Assembly: GCA_045837725.1 (NCBI GenBank)
Contig: JBEWZL010000152.1
Coordinates: 434,001-498,000 of the forward strand
Source: Vermamoeba vermiformis
Lineage: Eukaryota
DNA: 64,000 nucleotides
Direction: 5' to 3'
Below the pieces are notes generated by a model, which saw only the letters and a list, made by a program, of their open reading frames with translations, had not been told where the DNA came from and did not search any database. Made by a program: the position numbers and the translations under genes. This document shows, one piece after another, positions 59,230 to 64,000 of the stretch. Position 1 is the stretch's first letter; every line of letters begins with the position of its first letter.

Positions 59230-61792
59230 TTAATGGAGTAGCACTATAAAACCGAAAACTGCAATCCAAATCTTATTGCTCAGAGTTTCTGCATTGGACG
59301 TATCTTGTGGTTGGTCGACAATAGTTCCTAGTCTTGGATTAGATGGAGGAACACCTTCCAGCCTTGAAACTTCCTTGACAGTTGGTGCGTTCTCTTGCAG
59401 GAGCACTGGCAGAGAGTCAGGGTTGGTTTTGTATTGCTGCGTTAAACGGCGCAAGATCTCAGCACTGCTCAGCTCTTTGCCACTTCGAGGGTGCTGCAAT
59501 GACAAATTCAACCAAGTAAGTCAACTCTTTGCCTGCGACAGGTGCAATGGACTTGGTACTGATGCGCGTGATAGGTACGCCCACCATGTCAGCGAGTCGT
59601 TGTGTCACAGCTTTGAACACGGTGTCATTGGGCGGTGCAGTGAACACGACCTCCATGATGAAAGTGATTTCTGTTGGACGGTAAGAAACACATACATGTA
59701 TATTAGATAGTTACTGACCTGCATTACACGCTAGCGAGGCATCAGAGGGCTTGAAGGCCAAAGCATATCTGCCGAGGGTCCAAGTGATGTCAGTGTCAGA
59801 GTCAGTGGTGAAGATCACTTGGAATGGCGAGAGTGGATAATAAGAGCTGCGACCAGCGCCGAATGCATCGACTTGACCGCGCGACAAGGGCTCAGGAGAG
59901 AACTTGTTGGTGTCGCCGACTGGAATGTACTGCGTGGACGGAGTTGGGTTGTCATAGCCAAAGTAGCCGACGTAAGTGACGTCGTTGATGTTGCGGACAC
60001 AATCGAGAATAGGCATCACATTGGGATTGGGCGTGGCTACTCGCTGGCTGGGCGGCAGATTGGTTGGTGGCAATGGAGCATCAAGATAACGATAGATATT
60101 GACATGATCAACTGTGTAGCTGTCAGTGACATTAGGCATGCGGACCCAACCACCGACAAAGACGATCATTGTGTCAGTCAACACAGCTTCCATCGAGAAT
60201 CGTGCAAAGTTGGCGATGTTGATATTGTTGACAGAGAAGGAGCGCGAAGTTGTGTCGTAGAAAGCAATGTCAGCTTTGTCAGAGACCAATGCGACTTGAC
60301 CAGTGGGCAATGCAAAGCCGTGCATGGTGTAGTTGATGGCTAGTGGTGACTTCCAGTACGGCTCCCAGATCCACGTGTCCAAGTTGAGGATGTCAATGCG
60401 CTCATTCGAGACTGCTACAGGCCCACACGAAGTGGTGTAGCCGAGGGGACTGGCGAAGGGAGTGCTGTCAATAGGAGTGGAGCTATCAATTGGAACATCA
60501 ACAGGCGCGTCAACGGGAACGTCGACAGGAGCTGAAGTATCGACGGGAGTGCCAACAGGAGTGTAGGGACAGGAGTATCAACAGGAGTGCCAACAGGAGT
60601 GTCAACAGGAGTGCCAAGATCGATCGGGGGACTGACAGGTGTCAAGTCATCAGTGACATTAACACACAGCTCATTCTGTTGCAGACCACCGACTACAAAG
60701 AGTCTGTTGTTGAAGATGAAGGTTTTGTGATTGGCACGCGCTGAAGGCATTGAAGGCAAGAGAACTCGTTCACCAGTGAAGATGTTGATCACGTCAATGC
60801 CGTCAGAAATAGCAAAGGGTAGCTCACGCAGATAACCACCCGTGATGACGACGTACTCGTTGTAGCTGTCAACACTTGGTTGCCAACGAGGACGGCGCAT
60901 GGTGGTGGACAGCAGATTGAATTGACGCGTCACTGTGTCAAAGACATGAATCAGCGGAGAGAAGTCACCGTCCATTTGTCCGCCTGCGAACACAGCATAT
61001 CTGTCATTGACGCAAGTAGCACCCATGCCTTCGACATCGATGGGGAAGGTGGTGTTGAACCAGATCCCGTTCTCGGTGTCAAAAATGTCCACGCGTGAGG
61101 TGAAGTGGCCACGTTGATTACCCGCAGCGAATATCAGCAGGCTATTGCACACCACTGAGGCCATAAGAGCGCGAGGCGAGGTCAAGTTTGTGTAAGTCCA
61201 GCTCAGCGACTTGGTGTCCAAGATCTCAATTGAACTAATTGTGTTGCCATTTCCTTGGCTTCCTCCAGCAATGTAGATCTTGTCCTTATAAGCCAGGACT
61301 GAATGGAGGACGCGCTGTTCTCTTAAAGACAAGTTGATCCACTCAGGCGCAGCGGCCAAAGTTGCGGAACAGAACAACGCTAGAATGCAGCAGAAGATGG
61401 CGGCTTTCAACTATAATGATGTAAGTGATTATTAGTATACGTTGTGCGAATAGTTAATAATATTAATGTTTAGCACCGGAAATGTAACTGATATGTCACG
61501 CACGTTGCAGATCTGGCATTAATTTCGATGTCAAGTATTCATTAAAAGGCCAGTCGAGAATGTACTCGGTTAATTAACGAATAGAAATTGACTGTAAGTA
61601 ACAAAAAAGTTTGCATTAAGATGCTATTTTAGTCGCAGATCTGATCTTCTAGACGCTTCGATTAAATTTACTGACTAATGGCGTTCATTTGCAGTTTAAA
61701 CGAACAACATAATGGATATAAAGCAATAGAAGCAGCACTTGCTTTGACGAGTTTCAAAACAAAATTTAGTTGAAGATCTGAGTACTTACCAT
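59230..61792 (-). CDS. Secreted or surface-anchored Kelch-repeat protein with two apparent frameshifts (~60565, ~59490); assembly error or young pseudogene
   Basis: ATG alone in exon 1 (61790-61792), signal peptide LKAAIFCCILALFCSATLA, Kelch repeats (KIYIAGG, AVFAGG, VVITGG, LFVVGG, IVFVGG), a TPVD/G linker and a hydrophobic C-terminus KIWIAVFGFIVLLH*. Confidence 0.7.
60460..60615. repeat. Degenerate 12-bp tandem repeat encoding TPV(D/G) units
   Basis: Forward-strand units of the form (gtc/gcc/atc)aacaggagt repeat through 60541-60615 and decay towards 60460. Confidence 0.8.
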
Positions 61793-62506
61793 AATTCAGC
61801 TGGTGTGGCTTAGTTGAAGCAGATAATACTTGCACTAGTGTTGCAACAAAGACGTGTTGTTGGTCACACGAGCACGCGTTGAAATAATAACAATGTAACG
61901 GAACAAAAATATCTGCGTGTCAAGCGTGTGTGACATATGTCATTCAGAGGATTCCACCGCGTTGTTACTGGTGCACGCACTTATATTAAGTAAGGGCATA
62001 GTGATATAGTAAACGTGACTAATGAGATGACTTTAAGTGCGGCGTTCGTGCGCACAGAGAAGGTGATTTTGGGGTCTGGGACTCTGACATGGTCCCATTT
62101 TAACGGGAACCGTGCACGAAGTTAGGGCTCTATCGGTACTGAATTGGCCCTCGATGTAAGAGCTCATTGCAGTCACATTGCAATTTGACTTTGCGAAACT
62201 ATTCTTGACACAGCCAAAAATAACTAACTTTGCTAAGTTCGAGTCAAATTCTGAACTGTAGAACCCATTTCTTAAGAAGAGTATTGATTGGGTTCATTGA
62301 TGCACCCCAACAACTCACAATTGCTGTGCGTTGGCACATGCTTGAATTCTGGAGGTGTGGATCTCCCAACACGTGACTTTCAGACAAGATCTTCGAAACT
62401 GCTTGGCCATAATTTCAAACGCACTTGTATAATTAACAAAAACTTGTTTATTTGTAAATCGAAGTGTTATTTATTGACAAACACTGTAAAGGACTTAAAA
62501 TTCTAA

Positions 62507-63437
62507 ATGGTACGACATTCGCTACTGTAGCCTACATACAATAACTCACTCAGTAACTTTATTTAATAATTCCATGACTTTTGAAATTGTCAGGAGCTGA
62601 CATCCATTAATTTTCTCTGCAGATCAGATCCCGACTAGCACGATTTTTATTTATTGGTTTGCCGTCACCTTTCGTATTAATTGGGGGTATGTACTGAAAC
62701 GGACGTGGTCATTTTTAATTCAATTATTTTTTGAAAATTAATTTTTGGATCTAACCCAATAATAATTCAGGCTACAACCTATTGGCCGCACAAAAATATC
62801 AAGGCCATGTTAATTTTACAGTAGCAGAGAAGAAAGACGGCTACGAGATCCGTCAATATTTCCCTCACTTTCAAGCTGAACTCAGTGTGGCAGCTCCGTA
62901 CTACTCACAAGCCCTGCAGAAAGGTGCTGATGAATTGAAGAGGTATGACTCAAAACACTCCATTAGACCTTAATTAACACACTAGGCAGGTATTTACAGC
63001 GCCGAGAAAATACACGCGAGCGAATAGTGCGTGTGACCTATCCATTTGCAGCGCGTGAAATGAGTGCTGAAGAGGCTGCAAAGTATCCGCGCTTTGTGCC
63101 CGTGAAAGAGACCGTTGAGAAGCCGAAAGACAACAAATCTTACGTCGTGACCATTGCACTCGATGACACGTACACTCGCGCGTCAATCCCCAAGCCGTGG
63201 AACCCATTCATTTTCTTGCGTGAAATTCCGACTCGACCAATGGCAGTGCGCACATTCAGCGGCTGGATCACACAAGACAAAGTAGAAAAAGAGATTGAAG
63301 CATTTAAAGCAGACTTGCAGCGCGATGGTCTGCAGTACAAAGAGCTCAAAGTCGGTGATTGGAACGACGTTTTTATGCTGTTCTGGCGCAGGAATGAAAT
63401 TCAAGCCGTGTTGAGCGACAAGAACGACAAGAAATAA
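62507..63437 (+). CDS. SOUL/heme-binding family protein
   Basis: M|IRSRLARFLFIGLPSPFVLIG|GYNLL...FTVAEKKDGYEIRQY...ALQKGADELKRYL...IPKPWNPFIFLREIPTRPMAVRTFSGW...LQRDGL...WRRNEI. The YEIRxY, AVRxFSG and RRNEI motifs fit SOUL. Confidence 0.8.
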
Positions 63438-63542
63438 ATGTCGAATGTTATGTAGCAAATATTCCTTCAAAATCAAAGTTATGAAGCTCGGTAAAGTTGA
63501 GCTGACTAGCATGAAGTGAATATTATTTAACTGAATCTTACA

Positions 63543-64000
63543 TTACACAACTAATAGCGCAGGATCACTGACAAGTCGCTTGAATTCTTCCAAGAATTGT
63601 GCGGCGTGTTCGTCGTTCACTGCGCGGCCATCGTACGACAGTGCGACCTTAATCGTGTTGCGGACTTGCGGCACTCCTTTTTCAAGGTCCAAATCTAACT
63701 TCTGTTGAATGCCACCGACAGCCATGATGCATGCCTAATTAGGAAATCGATCGATTAGATAGTGATTGACAACTACACTAGTGACAAGTCATACTTGAGG
63801 TGGGTTGATGACAGCAGTAAATTCTGAGATGCCAAACATGCCTAAATTGGAAATGCTGAAAGTACCGCCTTGGAACTCGTGCGGCAACAATTTGTTGGTG
63901 CGAGCACGGTCAGCGAGGTCCTAGTTAAATAGCGTGAGCTCATTGTGCGACATTAACAACGCATTCCTCGCACCTTCATGTTGGCAGAGATCTCTGCGAC
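63543..64000 (-). CDS. PDHX: Pyruvate dehydrogenase E2-family core domain, probably E3-binding protein (3' part only)
   Basis: [40 protein letters not shown]...[12 protein letters not shown]. The catalytic DHRxxDG motif reads DGRAVND. Confidence 0.7.

Noticed and set aside
62030-62410. Possible small spliced minus-strand gene between the Kelch and SOUL genes
   Set aside because: An ATG and a GTGAGT donor exist, but I could not build a convincing reading frame or recognise a motif.
1-64000. tRNA, rRNA or autonomous transposon genes
   Set aside because: No tRNA cloverleaf, rRNA signature, reverse transcriptase, integrase or transposase motif recognised. A tRNAscan-SE/Rfam run would be needed to exclude them.

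Overview
Gene-dense, intron-rich eukaryotic DNA with short GT-AG introns and CTAAC-type branch points. The gene content suggests a free-living protist, possibly an amoebozoan (inference only). I can support 26 protein-coding genes, reconstructed by hand across introns. Most are housekeeping: ataxin-2-like, TMEM234, PAAF1/Rpn14, OST48, SCOT, NEDD8, Asterix, importin-11-like, GatB, AP-5 beta, VPS45, RPS27 and PDH E3-binding protein. The standout is a minus-strand Dicer-like gene (33730-39341). Where canonical Dicers carry a helicase it has an Rrp6-type 3'-5' exonuclease plus HRDC module. It also has a RIG-I-type C-terminal Zn domain ahead of platform-PAZ, and only the first RNase III domain keeps its catalytic residues. 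One junction (~38.0-38.1 kb) needs RNA confirmation. Four paralogues of a PHD/C5HCH-finger plus Cro/lambda-like HTH protein surround this gene. Other oddities are a 12-bp palindrome (TGACACGTGTCA) iterated at least 10 times, a hairpin-rich non-coding island at 9.45-10.77 kb, a 76-aa FRG1-like mini-protein, and several frame breaks that may be assembly errors. No database searches were run; family assignments rest on recognised motifs.
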